From contig JBBDKX010000021.1 in NCBI GenBank assembly GCA_040879145.1, positions 29,256 through 93,255 on the forward strand: a stretch of DNA of 64,000 nucleotides, read 5' to 3'. Source of the DNA: Candidatus Spechtbacterales bacterium (GTDB lineage Bacteria; Patescibacteriota; Minisyncoccia; Spechtbacterales; 2-12-FULL-38-22). Positions within the stretch are counted from its first letter, which is position 1. Each line of letters begins with the position of its first letter. Below the pieces are notes generated by a model that saw only the letters and a list, made by a program, of their open reading frames with translations, made no database searches and had not been told where the DNA came from. Shown piece after piece: positions 54,490-64,000 of this stretch. Made by a program: the position numbers and the translations under genes.

Positions 54490-57186
54490 TTAATTTATAG
54501 CGGGCTTTATTTCGGGATTTCCACCTGTTGCGCGATGAAATAATCCACCTCTTCGCATAACCCACTTTGTAAGCTCGATAAATAGTAATCTCACAATTCC
54601 CGATCCAAGAGCAAGAGATATGCCAAACATATCCAGAGGAACCGTTGAAAGCAATGTGTTTAACGCAGGTACATAAACTGAAGAAAACATAAGGAGCATA
54701 CCTACAACAATACCCATTATCAGATATTTATTGTTGGTAATGGAGGAATGGAAAATAGACTTATGCAGCCGCTTTACAGAAAATACATATATTAGCGTGT
54801 CTGTTGCTACCGCTGCAAAAATAACTGTCTGAATATACTGGGTCGGGTAGCCGGCCCAAACCAGCCAAAGGAATAAGCCGACTAAAATTAAATTACTAAA
54901 TATTCCAACAATACCGATAATGTACATCCCTAATCTGTCTAAAATAGGCTCTTTGCGCTTAAAAGGCTTTCGTTTCATTATATCTTCCTCTCCCGGTTCA
55001 AACGCAAGCGCTATGGCAGGTAAGCCGTCCTCAACAAGATTTGCCCACAGTATCTGCACTGCTGTAATAGGCAAAGGTAAGCGCAATATTAAAGCGGTTA
55101 AAACAAGCATTATCTCTGTAAACGCGTTTGAAATAACAAATATAGATACTTTGCGTATATTATCAAAAGCGATTCTGCCTTGGCGTATGGCCTCGCTTAT
55201 AGTAGTAAAACTATCATTCATTAAAACCAAGTCAGAAGCTTCCTTTGTTACATCCATGCCTGTACCCAAGGCAACTCCAATATCCGCATTTTTTAAAGCC
55301 GGAGCATCATTTACACCATCGCCGGTCATAGCTACAACTTCTTCCTTCAACCGTAAGGCCTCAATTATCTGCATTTTGTGTTTAGGGCTGGCGCGAGAAA
55401 TTATATCCACGTCCCCTATAATATTAGCCAACTCTTCCGCACTCATCTTGTCCAACTCACTTCCTTCAAGAATTGACTTTTCGGTATTCCTAAAACCGAG
55501 TTTGTCACCTATGGAGAGTGCTGTAAGCTTATGGTCGCCCGTTATCATAATTATCCTTATACCCGCCTCTCTGGCTGTTTGCAGAGATTCTGAAACATCC
55601 GACCTTATCGGATCACCAATAATAGCCGTGCCTGTATAAACAAGATTTTTAATCTCTTTTCGCAAAGATTCTGAATCTTCAAAATCCGTCTTTGCGCTAT
55701 CTTCCAAAACGCGTTCGGCAAGTCCTATTAACCGATAACCACTACTTGCAAGCTCATCAATTTCTCCCTGAATTTTTTTCTTCTCAGCATCGCTTTTTGT
55801 AGATATCTCAAGAAGTTCTTCGGGCGCTCCTGTAACAAAAACCTTAGTACCCCCCTCTGAATTGTGAAAAGACGCTATATATTTAGAATCAGAGTCAAAA
55901 GGAAGTGTTGCAATTCGCGGCATCTCGTCCAATGCTTTTTCTAAATCCCCCCCATTATCTATAAAGTATTGTAATTTGGCTTTATCGGTTGATTCTCCGC
56001 TTATCTCACCACCTTCCATTATCATCGCCTCATTAGCAAAAGCGAGCGCGAAACCTGCATTGTGTGCTTTATCTGTGTGCTTAAGATCTTCAACTTTCAT
56101 CTTGCCCTCTGTTAAAGTTCCGGTCTTATCTGTACAAATAACACTTGTAGAGCCCAAAATTTCCGCTCCAAGAAGTGTTTTTACTAATCCTTTTTTAGAA
56201 AGTATTCGCTGAGAAGCAACAGCAAGAACTACAGACATGGCAGCGGGTAAACCTTCAGGAATAGCGGCAACCGCAACCGCGACTGCAAGAGTAAACATCT
56301 CTGTAACATCCTCGCGCGCCAGCTCAGAAAAACTTCCGGCTCTTTCAAAAAGCCCTACTGCAACTATCACAGCAGCAAAAAATACAACAATCCAAGATAT
56401 TTTCTTACTCAAGCCCTCAAGACGTTTTTGAAGGGGTGTTTTTTCTTCTTCAACACTCGCTGTAAGTTTTGCTATCTCCCCAAGTTCGGTGTGCTCTCCT
56501 GTTGCAACAACAAGTGCCACACCATCGCCCTTTTCTATTACAGTTCCCGCGTGAACCATATTTACGCGTTCCGCCAAGTCTGTTTTCTCATCTAAATCCG
56601 CAACCTCTTTTTTAACAGGCATAAATTCACCTGTAAGTAGGGCCTCGTTAGTCTCTATATTCTTTGCTTCTATAATACGCGCGTCAGCGGGAACTTTTAC
56701 TCCGGCATGTAGTAATATAATATCCCCGGGTACCAATTCTTTAGAATCAACCTCTTTTAATCCGCCACCTCTTTTTACCTGAGCCTTTATGTTTACAAGT
56801 TTTTCAAGTTTCTCAAATAAGTTGTTAGAACGAAACTCCTGCCAAAAACCTATTAAAACGTTTATTAAAACGGCAAGAGTTATTACCAATGTATCTGCGT
56901 AAAGTTCTAAACTCCCGCTATGCCCGGCCTTGGATTCATGCACAGCAATCCACAAGGTAAGGCCGGCAGCTATCAGTAATATAAAAATTAAAGGGTTAAT
57001 AAACTGACTAAAAAACATTTGCCACCAGTGTTTTTCTTTTCCGCGCGGAAGTTCATTCAAACCAAAAGAGACCTGCCTTTCAGCAACCTCTTTTGTGGAG
57101 AGACCTCTTTCTGTGTCCACAGAAAGCTTCTCTTTTATCTCATCAAGAGTTTTTAAGTGCCAAAGCACACTTTCTTGCTTGTCCAT
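54490..57186 (-). CDS. Cation-transporting P-type ATPase (type IIA, Ca2+-type)
   Basis: 898 aa; CTDKTGTLT, MITGDHKLTA, TGDGVNDAPAL. Confidence 0.9.
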   Translation of the reverse strand: MDKQESVLWHLKTLDEIKEKLSVDTERGLSTKEVAERQVSFGLNELPRGKEKHWWQMFFSQFINPLIFILLIAAGLTLWIAVHESKAGHSGSLELYADTLVITLAVLINVLIGFWQEFRSNNLFEKLEKLVNIKAQVKRGGGLKEVDSKELVPGDIILLHAGVKVPADARIIEAKNIETNEALLTGEFMPVKKEVADLDEKTDLAERVNMVHAGTVIEKGDGVALVVATGEHTELGEIAKLTASVEEEKTPLQKRLEGLSKKISWIVVFFAAVIVAVGLFERAGSFSELAREDVTEMFTLAVAVAVAAIPEGLPAAMSVVLAVASQRILSKKGLVKTLLGAEILGSTSVICTDKTGTLTEGKMKVEDLKHTDKAHNAGFALAFANEAMIMEGGEISGESTDKAKLQYFIDNGGDLEKALDEMPRIATLPFDSDSKYIASFHNSEGGTKVFVTGAPEELLEISTKSDAEKKKIQGEIDELASSGYRLIGLAERVLEDSAKTDFEDSESLRKEIKNLVYTGTAIIGDPIRSDVSESLQTAREAGIRIIMITGDHKLTALSIGDKLGFRNTEKSILEGSELDKMSAEELANIIGDVDIISRASPKHKMQIIEALRLKEEVVAMTGDGVNDAPALKNADIGVALGTGMDVTKEASDLVLMNDSFTTISEAIRQGRIAFDNIRKVSIFVISNAFTEIMLVLTALILRLPLPITAVQILWANLVEDGLPAIALAFEPGEEDIMKRKPFKRKEPILDRLGMYIIGIVGIFSNLILVGLFLWLVWAGYPTQYIQTVIFAAVATDTLIYVFSVKRLHKSIFHSSITNNKYLIMGIVVGMLLMFSSVYVPALNTLLSTVPLDMFGISLALGSGIVRLLFIELTKWVMRRGGLFHRATGGNPEIKPAIN

Positions 57187-57194
57187 AAGTTAAA

Positions 57195-58292
57195 TTAAAC
57201 TAATTTTCCCCTGCTCACCCCCTTTTGCCACATCATCGCAACAATCACTGCTAAAGCTAAAAATACTCCGTACGCAAACAGCAATGTACCCAAACTATAC
57301 CCTTTCACGTAATCCATAAAAAACGCGAAATACAAAGATGCCATAACTAACGCGCCGTTTACAAATATTGGCTTCCTTAAACTTGCCAGTACGGACGTTT
57401 TTTCTTTTTCCAAATCACCCGCTTTAAAAGGTACAGCTGTAGCAAGCGGCGCAAAAATTATCATTAAAACTGCCGCAAATCCTGCCGTAAAAAGTAAGGA
57501 TAGTGTTTGTAAAATAAAGGCGGGAGATGATAATGTTGCATCGGCGTTCACAACATAGGATGCGAACTGACCCATGAGGGCAAGTCCCAACCCAACCCAT
57601 ACAATCTCAGCAATGCTCTGTATTGACCACATCTCTCTGTCGTCTAAACTAAAATCTCGCAGTGACCTGAAAAACACAAAAGACGCTATTGTGGTACCAC
57701 CTAAACTAAGCGCAAAACCAAGAGAGTGAATTGAAGACACTAAATCTCCGACGCCCGCAAATGACCCTATATTTATACCGAGACTTTCAAGACTAACCAA
57801 AGACACTATGAATATCAGCATAGAGCACATTGACGCAAACAGACACCATATACACCACTGCCTTAACAAAAACGCCTGCACAAACAAGAGATAGCAGGAA
57901 AAAAGAAAGGCTCCCGCTGTAAATAAAAGCACCAGCCAAATGGCTGTAGTATTAAAGTAATCTAAAAAGAAAACCATAATCCCATATATAAGGAATATCA
58001 AACCATAATAAAGCATTCCCAAATACTCAAGATGTATGCCCATAAATTTTGCGAAGCGACTATTAACAACGGTGTTGCAATTAGAACCCGTAGGACACAC
58101 AAGTTCTTTACCACTTCTTTTCGTTCTAAAAATATAGGTTGCTATACCAAAACCAACGGCCCCCACGGTCGCTACAAACGCGTAAAAACCCGCGGGCTTA
58201 GGCAAAAGAGGTAAAAAAGAAAACCCCACTATAGCAAGTAATAATAGAGAAAAGTATATATAATAGCTCTTGTTTATTTTTATTTTCATCAT
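57195..58292 (-). CDS. Vitamin K epoxide reductase (VKOR) family protein with C-terminal membrane extension
   Basis: Loop cysteines CPTGSNC, active-site CIWC in TM; 365 aa. Confidence 0.65.
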   Translation of the reverse strand: MMKIKINKSYYIYFSLLLLAIVGFSFLPLLPKPAGFYAFVATVGAVGFGIATYIFRTKRSGKELVCPTGSNCNTVVNSRFAKFMGIHLEYLGMLYYGLIFLIYGIMVFFLDYFNTTAIWLVLLFTAGAFLFSCYLLFVQAFLLRQWCIWCLFASMCSMLIFIVSLVSLESLGINIGSFAGVGDLVSSIHSLGFALSLGGTTIASFVFFRSLRDFSLDDREMWSIQSIAEIVWVGLGLALMGQFASYVVNADATLSSPAFILQTLSLLFTAGFAAVLMIIFAPLATAVPFKAGDLEKEKTSVLASLRKPIFVNGALVMASLYFAFFMDYVKGYSLGTLLFAYGVFLALAVIVAMMWQKGVSRGKLV

Positions 58293-58343
58293 TTTAAATT
58301 ATACCATCCATTGTTAATAATATAATATGGACAAAACCTATTT

Positions 58344-58787
58344 TTAAACCTTATCTCTATTCCCACCGACACCATTTTTCGAAGCACGTTTTTTATATAA
58401 TTCCACAATTCCGCCTTCAATATTTTGCACGATATTGCCTGCCCGCAAAAGCCGCGTTAATCTGGCAAATCTCAATATTCTCAATGCCTGGAAAAATCCG
58501 TTTGAAAACGGTATAGAGCCGAAAAAATCCAATAAATTCTGTTTAATATGCCTCCACTTTTTAGGAGCAAAATATACTCCCGCGCTAAAATCAGCAAGGA
58601 ATATATACGCTATTATAAGATCCAGCGCATTCATTCGCCTTAATGTTTCTTCCGTAACATTGTCGCCAAAAAACTCATAAGCAAGCATTCCCCCGCTGAT
58701 AAGTGCTAATGCGGCTATGATTATTATATACCAAAGCTTTTCCCTTAATTCTATTACAAAATATTTTATTTTATTAATGTTTTTCAT
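58344..58787 (-). CDS. Ion-transport family fragment with S4-like voltage-sensor segment
   Basis: RILRFARLTRLLRAG, Arg at every third position; 147 aa, 3 TM. Confidence 0.4.
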   Translation of the reverse strand: MKNINKIKYFVIELREKLWYIIIIAALALISGGMLAYEFFGDNVTEETLRRMNALDLIIAYIFLADFSAGVYFAPKKWRHIKQNLLDFFGSIPFSNGFFQALRILRFARLTRLLRAGNIVQNIEGGIVELYKKRASKNGVGGNRDKV

Positions 58788-58790
58788 ACA

Positions 58791-59777
58791 TTAAAGATTA
58801 ACAAACAGCTGTGAGGCAGCAAAAAGAATATATATAGCAACGAGAACAAAGCCCTCTTTTCTGCTAATAGTGCTTTTTTTCTTGCGTAAGAAAAAAAGCA
58901 CTGTCAAAAATGCTGCCACTGTAAAAATAAGTCCAACAAAAAGGCTTAGTTTGTTCTCTAAATGTATTGGAGAAATTAAACTCACAATACCCAAAATCAA
59001 AGTGGAATTTATAACTCCGGAACCAAAAATATCGCCTAAAGATATGCCGCCCATTTTTCTGCGCACGCTTCTTATGCCTATTGTAAGTTCGGGCAAGCTT
59101 GTGCCCACACCTACTACTAAGACACCTACCAATATCCGGGATAAACCAAAGGCGACAGACAGGTTGCGCACACTATAGACTATAAGTATTGCTGCGGAAA
59201 TTAAAAAGGTAACGCTTGCTAAAAATACGGCTAAATTCTTAAAAAATTCTTTCCTGGTTTCTGCTTTATGGTGCACATGCTCAGCCAGATGCGGGCGGAA
59301 AACTTTTTTGCCCAATATCATATCATCAACATCAAGAAGGCGGATTATATTCCACGTAAAAAGCAGAAGTAAAATAGTTCCGTCTATTCTTGAAAGAGCT
59401 CCATCAAGCATCAAAACAAGAGGCGAGAGAAGCAGTGCCAGCTCAAAAAATCTGTTCTTGCGGAAATGCTCATAGTCTTTGAGGGCAATGTTCCCTCCGA
59501 CAATCGCAACTGTTCCTAAAATAAGAGTAAAATTTATAACATTGGTTCCTAAAATATCCCCGAACGAAAGTTCGGAAATCCCAAGAAGCGCGGAATTTAT
59601 TCCTACAGTGAGCTCAGGCAAAGAAGTTGCAAAGGCGACAAGCACAAACGAAAGCACAAATTCAGATATGCCTAAAAACCGGGCCATAGCTCCCAAAGAG
59701 CCTACAACACGTTTTCCGGATTGGATTAAAAGGAATATTCCAACTACTATAGCTAATACTGAAAACCCTATATGCAT
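58791..59777 (-). CDS. Na+/Ca2+ exchanger (CaCA family, YrbG-like)
   Basis: Two alpha-repeats GTSLPEL; 328 aa. Confidence 0.8.
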   Translation of the reverse strand: MHIGFSVLAIVVGIFLLIQSGKRVVGSLGAMARFLGISEFVLSFVLVAFATSLPELTVGINSALLGISELSFGDILGTNVINFTLILGTVAIVGGNIALKDYEHFRKNRFFELALLLSPLVLMLDGALSRIDGTILLLLFTWNIIRLLDVDDMILGKKVFRPHLAEHVHHKAETRKEFFKNLAVFLASVTFLISAAILIVYSVRNLSVAFGLSRILVGVLVVGVGTSLPELTIGIRSVRRKMGGISLGDIFGSGVINSTLILGIVSLISPIHLENKLSLFVGLIFTVAAFLTVLFFLRKKKSTISRKEGFVLVAIYILFAASQLFVNL

Positions 59778-59897
59778 GTTTTGTAATTATTTTTTATCTC
59801 TATTACTTTTAAATATAAATTTACGCGATATTACTCCCGTAGCTCCCAACACTACAAAAAGATGCTTATCCAAGTATTTAAAAACACAATTTTCATA

Positions 59898-60368
59898 CTA
59901 ATAAAACACTTTCATTATAACTACAACACTCCACCAGCACACAAAAGAAACCGTCGTCGATATGCCGGCTATTACCATAAACTTTTTCACGCGCGGAGTT
60001 TTTTGCTCCCACTCAGGCGCTAATTCGCTGAACTTGGGAGTAACCCACACATTCAGAAATATCCCGTTCAAAAAAAGTCCCAGCACTAAAAGCATTTTAA
60101 GCTTAAAAAGCCAGTACTGCTCTAAGCCCTCCAGGGGAATAAAGAGCAAAAAACCGCTCAAAGATATTAAAATCAAGCCGAGCCAAACTTGTATAGATAA
60201 TATGGGCGCTACTCGTGAAATTACAGAAATAAGCCCGGGCTTAAGTTTAAAAAAAAGTAAAAGCAGGTCTGTCGCAGTAACAGCTCCAATGGCAATAATA
60301 GATCCGGCAATATGAGTGAAAAGTATCCAGTTGCGATACTCTACAGCAAATTCTGTAATAAGTTCCAT
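59898..60368 (-). CDS. Hypothetical membrane protein
   Basis: 156 aa, 4 TM. Confidence 0.35.
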   Translation of the reverse strand: MELITEFAVEYRNWILFTHIAGSIIAIGAVTATDLLLLFFKLKPGLISVISRVAPILSIQVWLGLILISLSGFLLFIPLEGLEQYWLFKLKMLLVLGLFLNGIFLNVWVTPKFSELAPEWEQKTPRVKKFMVIAGISTTVSFVCWWSVVVIMKVFY

Positions 60369-60567
60369 GTTTATTATTATTATTCTTTTTCTTTATCACG
60401 ATTTTCAAACTCGCGATAAATACCCGCGAACGCAAACCACAGCGAAGTTAAAAAAATTACAAGTGCGAATAAAATAATTAACTTGTACATATCTTTATTC
60501 TATCATGTGTAGGTGTTTTTACAGAAAAAAATGGCGCAAAATTGCGCCATTTTAATAAAAGAACTAT

Positions 60568-60813
60568 TTATTCCTGTCCCCCAAAATGGTCAAGCCATTT
60601 TTTCTCTTCCGGATGGAGGACATAACAACCAAGATCTCTGTCATAGACTGTCACAACGTTCACAACAGGCTTAATGCCTACCCCCAAAAACTCTTCTGCC
60701 TGAACCCTTGAAAATCCATCCTCAAGCATTCTCGCTACTTTTTTAGCATGCCGCGCGCGCTTTATTTTCTCTTCCTCCGCTTTGACAAGCTGGAGTCTGA
60801 ATTCGTCCGACAT
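60568..60813 (-). CDS. Small hypothetical protein
   Basis: 81 aa. Confidence 0.3.
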   Translation of the reverse strand: MSDEFRLQLVKAEEEKIKRARHAKKVARMLEDGFSRVQAEEFLGVGIKPVVNVVTVYDRDLGCYVLHPEEKKWLDHFGGQE

Positions 60814-60892
60814 TTACAACCTCCGTATAAGGAACGTAGCGATTATAACATTGTAATTACTGAAAAGAAATACTTACTGTTATAAAAAACAA

Positions 60893-61786
60893 TCAACTGT
60901 TTATCCAAAAATTCCATATATCTCGGGTAACTTCAGGGACCCTGTAATCAAAATCCCACACTCTCCTCTCTGGCCACGAGTGCTCCTGTCCAAAATACAT
61001 GCGGAACAAAACTTTAACCTCATCATTATTTGCATATGTCTTTTCTTTGTACATATCTGTCTCTTTTTCTCCCACCAACTCCGCTTTGTAATGTTCCTGC
61101 CACGCCAAAAGTGTTTCCTCAGCGGAAATAAAATTAAAACCATCTATTGGTGTGTCACTCTTGTTTATTCTTATATATTTATCCATGTCTCCCTGTACAA
61201 GCATTATCGGCGCGCGCGCGTCCGAAATATCCAGTACACCTCCATCTGCTCCAACACCACTCATTAAAGAAGCGCCGGCTCTAAATATGTCCGGAGATTC
61301 GACAAGAAGTTTTTGTGCCAAAAGCCCTCCATTAGAAAACCCTGCTACATAAACTTTTGAATTATCTATTTTATATTTTTGTTTCGCATCCTCTACTACT
61401 TTTAAGATAAAACCCACATCATCTACATTGTTCTGGAAACTATACCCACAACAAAACCCGCCATTCCATGACATTTTCAATCCTTCTGGCAAAAGAAGCG
61501 CAAAACCTTTTTCCTGAGCCAAAATATTAAAGCCTGAATAGGCGCTTATCCACTCTGACCGGTCTTTAAACCCATGTAAAAGCACAAGGAGCGGCTGCGA
61601 CGGACCATCTTCTCTCGCATTGAACACGCGGTATTTTCTAACAGTTCCATCTACTTCTATAGATGTTCGGCTCAACTTCACAACACTCCTGTCCACGGGT
61701 TTTAAAACAAAAAACCAGACATACAAAAGTCCTGCAACCAAAGCAAGTATTATCACCAAAACAAATACAGAAATAAATTTAACCAT
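60893..61786 (-). CDS. Alpha/beta hydrolase (esterase / PHB-depolymerase-like), N-terminal TM anchor
   Basis: LVLLHGFKD, GFSNGG nucleophile elbow. Confidence 0.6.
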   Translation of the reverse strand: MVKFISVFVLVIILALVAGLLYVWFFVLKPVDRSVVKLSRTSIEVDGTVRKYRVFNAREDGPSQPLLVLLHGFKDRSEWISAYSGFNILAQEKGFALLLPEGLKMSWNGGFCCGYSFQNNVDDVGFILKVVEDAKQKYKIDNSKVYVAGFSNGGLLAQKLLVESPDIFRAGASLMSGVGADGGVLDISDARAPIMLVQGDMDKYIRINKSDTPIDGFNFISAEETLLAWQEHYKAELVGEKETDMYKEKTYANNDEVKVLFRMYFGQEHSWPERRVWDFDYRVPEVTRDIWNFWINS

Positions 61787-61818
61787 ATATCCTTAATGTT
61801 ACTATTTCAAAACTTACA

Positions 61819-62784
61819 CTATTCTAATAACTTTAAAAGCTCGTCTCTAAAATTTTTCACTTCCCCATCATCCAAAACAGATAATGCATAAACCTCATCT
61901 GAAAACTCTTTCATTTTTTTAATGTGTTTTTTAACTTCCTTATCATCCATGGCAAGATCAGTCTTTGTTATTAAAATTATCTCCCGCTTTTTTAAAAGAT
62001 TGGGGTCAAACTCTTCAAGTTCTTTTCTTACTGTTTTGTATGTAGCTTCCATATCACTATTCTCACACGATACAAGATGTACGAGTATCTTTGTACGTCT
62101 TATGTGGCGTAAAAATTTATGCCCAAGCCCTTTTCCTTGCGCGGCACCCTCTATAAGCCCGGGGATATCAGAAATTATGTATCCAAAACACTCGCCCAAA
62201 GCCGGCTCAAGCGTAGTAAAAGGATACGCGCCAACTTTTCCCGCGGCGCGCGTTAATTCATTAAGTAAGCTGGTTTTTCCCGCGTTTGGAAGCCCTATAA
62301 GCCCCACGTCTGCTATAAGTTCTACCTCTATATAAAACTCCCCCTCTTCACCAGATTTCCCTGTTGTAAACTTGTCAGGACTTCTATTTTTTGACGATTT
62401 AAAAGATTCATTCCCGCGTCCTCCCCTGCCGCCCTTTAATAGCAAAAACCTATCATCCTCTTTATCCAGTGAAATCTTTCCTCCGGTTTTGGTGTTTGTG
62501 ATACGCGACCCTACAGGCAAAAGAATATCCAAATCTTCCCCGTTAGCGCCTTCCAGGCTGTTTCTGTCACCGTCTTCTCCGCGCTCTGCCGCAAATTCTT
62601 TTTTTGTACGATATTTAGAAAGCAGGTGAACATCGCGAACGGCGTGTACATAAACATCTCCGCCTTTTCCACCATCTCCACCAGTGGGACCTCCATACTC
62701 GGTATTTTTATCATGCCTCCAACGCACAACACCATCTCCCCCGTCTCCGGCCTTTGCATAAATTGTTATCTCATCAACAAACAT
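61819..62784 (-). CDS. obg: GTPase Obg (short form, no TGS domain)
   Basis: MFVDEITIYAKAGDGGDGVV Obg fold; G1 GLPNAGKTSLL; start moved to Met15 of the predicted ORF. Confidence 0.85.
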   Translation of the reverse strand: MFVDEITIYAKAGDGGDGVVRWRHDKNTEYGGPTGGDGGKGGDVYVHAVRDVHLLSKYRTKKEFAAERGEDGDRNSLEGANGEDLDILLPVGSRITNTKTGGKISLDKEDDRFLLLKGGRGGRGNESFKSSKNRSPDKFTTGKSGEEGEFYIEVELIADVGLIGLPNAGKTSLLNELTRAAGKVGAYPFTTLEPALGECFGYIISDIPGLIEGAAQGKGLGHKFLRHIRRTKILVHLVSCENSDMEATYKTVRKELEEFDPNLLKKREIILITKTDLAMDDKEVKKHIKKMKEFSDEVYALSVLDDGEVKNFRDELLKLLE

Positions 62785-62839
62785 ATACATTACAGTACCA
62801 TGTAAAGCAAAATAAAGAAAAACCAAACCTATCCCTGAG

Positions 62840-63400
62840 TTATTCTATGTTTTTGAGTTTTTCACTAAAGAGTTCTTTAATCTTTTCAATTTTTGGATTA
62901 ATAACAATACTACAATAAGGCGCGCTTGTGTTTTTGTTGTAATAATCCTGATGATAGCCCTCCGCGGGATAAAAATTCTTAAATGGCAGAACTTTTGTAA
63001 CTATTGGCTTATCATAAACACTCTCATCTTCAAGATTTTTTTTAGAACTTTCTGCCAAATCTTTTTGTTCATCATTGTGGTAAAGAATAACGGCCTCGTA
63101 CTGCGGGCCCATGTCACTCCCCTGCCCGCCTGCCTGAGTCGGATTATGCGAAGTCCAAAAGATTTCCAGCAAATCGTTATAGCTTACTTCATCCGGATTA
63201 TACTCTATTTGTATCGCCTCAAGATGTCCGGTGTCGCCTCTTGTTACCTGTTCATAGGTTGGGTTTTCTATATCTCCTCCCGAATAACCCGAAGTAACTG
63301 ACTCAACGCCTTTGAGCATACGAAATACGGCATCTTGGCACCAGAAACACCCCCCTGCAAATGTAGCTTTTTGTGAATTATTTTCCATTTTTTTAAACAA
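62840..63400 (-). CDS. msrA: Peptide methionine sulfoxide reductase MsrA
   Basis: ATFAGGCFWC active site. Confidence 0.9.
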   Translation of the reverse strand: MFKKMENNSQKATFAGGCFWCQDAVFRMLKGVESVTSGYSGGDIENPTYEQVTRGDTGHLEAIQIEYNPDEVSYNDLLEIFWTSHNPTQAGGQGSDMGPQYEAVILYHNDEQKDLAESSKKNLEDESVYDKPIVTKVLPFKNFYPAEGYHQDYYNKNTSAPYCSIVINPKIEKIKELFSEKLKNIE

Positions 63401-63407
63401 TACTAAT

Positions 63408-63653
63408 CTACTTTCTGTTTATATCTTGCCAAAGCCATACTACAGCAAGAATGCCTACCACGAGCCATACAAGCCATGTAAGAAGTGCAAAAAATCCAAA
63501 GACTCCTCCTCCCATCATTCCTACTCCGTTACCCATATGCCAGTCCATCATGTGGAATGAACCTCCATCGCTGTAAGTATCCTCTGTGTGTGCCAATGTA
63601 AACATGGGAAATGCCAAAAAAAAGTTAGTTACAAAAATAAATGTTTTTTTCAT
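63408..63653 (-). CDS. Small secreted/membrane His/Met-rich protein (possible metal-binding)
   Basis: HMMDWHMGNGVGMMGGG, signal peptide and C-terminal TM. Confidence 0.35.
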   Translation of the reverse strand: MKKTFIFVTNFFLAFPMFTLAHTEDTYSDGGSFHMMDWHMGNGVGMMGGGVFGFFALLTWLVWLVVGILAVVWLWQDINRK

Positions 63654-63695
63654 GTTTTTTGGTTTTAATTATTAAACTTTTAATCTTTTCTTGCA

Positions 63696-63998
63696 CTATA
63701 AAACCGGGACACTTCCTTCAGGAAGTGTTTCTCTGCCTTCCGAATTCCAATCATGCAAGCCTCCCGTTAACTCATAAACATTAGTATAACCCATATCAGC
63801 CAGTTTCTGAGCCGCAATCTTGCTCATAGAACCCGAGCGGCAATATAAAACAACTTTTGTATTTTTATTCTCAACAACAGACACTATGCTGTCTGTGTCG
63901 TTATAAGAAATAAAATAATCCGTTCCCGGAACATGACGCTGTTCTGGTGTGTGTACATCTATAAAAACAAAATCTTTATCTTCCAGCATAACTTCCAA
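63696..63998 (-). CDS. Rhodanese-domain sulfurtransferase
   Basis: YCRSGSMS active-site Cys loop; 100 aa. Confidence 0.8.
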   Translation of the reverse strand: MEVMLEDKDFVFIDVHTPEQRHVPGTDYFISYNDTDSIVSVVENKNTKVVLYCRSGSMSKIAAQKLADMGYTNVYELTGGLHDWNSEGRETLPEGSVPVL

Positions 63999-64000
63999 TT

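Overview
This 64-kb window is AT-rich bacterial DNA, densely packed with mostly minus-strand genes and many hypothetical proteins. There is little beyond a core set of housekeeping genes, so a reduced-genome, possibly Patescibacteria-like organism is an inference only. Standard genetic code (TGA is used as a stop).

Left end: a type IV pilus assembly operon (pilB partial, pilO, pilN, pilM), divergent clpC, a ComF-family gene, then small hypotheticals, a SAM-dependent methyltransferase, a caspase/CHAT-like mini-protein plus a P-loop kinase, and RidA.

The main feature is a ~12.4-kb island (~10338-22790). Two near-identical 392-bp inverted repeats (10338-10729 and 20572-20964) bracket a seven-gene minus-strand operon:
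- XRE-type controller
- hsdM
- an ATPase between hsdM and hsdS
- hsdS, with a 12-bp x3 repeat encoding (ELEA)n in its central conserved region
- hsdR
- a zinc-ribbon/coiled-coil DUF2130-like protein
- a HARE-HTH/Mrr-like nuclease

Next to the island is a large serine recombinase flanked by its own ~134-bp inverted repeats. The recombinase ORF abuts and overlaps tRNA-Ser(TGA). A 9-bp tRNA-3'-end-like core (TTGGCGGNG) recurs at the island ends.

Downstream of the island:
- an AbrB-like gene, tRNA-Ser(GCT) and a free-standing LAGLIDADG endonuclease
- tRNA-Arg, a DMT transporter and recG
- a leucine-rich-repeat protein with 63-bp tandem repeats and an upstream C8 tract
- a 66-bp perfect palindrome
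- a brnT/brnA toxin-antitoxin pair and a family-2 glycosyltransferase
- the prkA-yeaH-spoVR module and a permuted Clp-D2-like AAA ATPase

Right third:
- an unusual nested tRNA-Glu locus: an intact tRNA-Glu sits inside a segment bounded by a 31-bp inverted repeat that interrupts a second tRNA-Glu copy in its D-loop
- tsaD
- a four-gene operon with a DUF87/VirB4-like ATPase
- a palindrome-rich GC island upstream of def-fmt
- DsbA/VKOR disulfide-bond machinery, a family-4 uracil-DNA glycosylase, a P-type ATPase, a CaCA exchanger with an S4-like voltage-sensor fragment gene, obg, msrA and a rhodanese

No CRISPR array or rRNA gene was seen.
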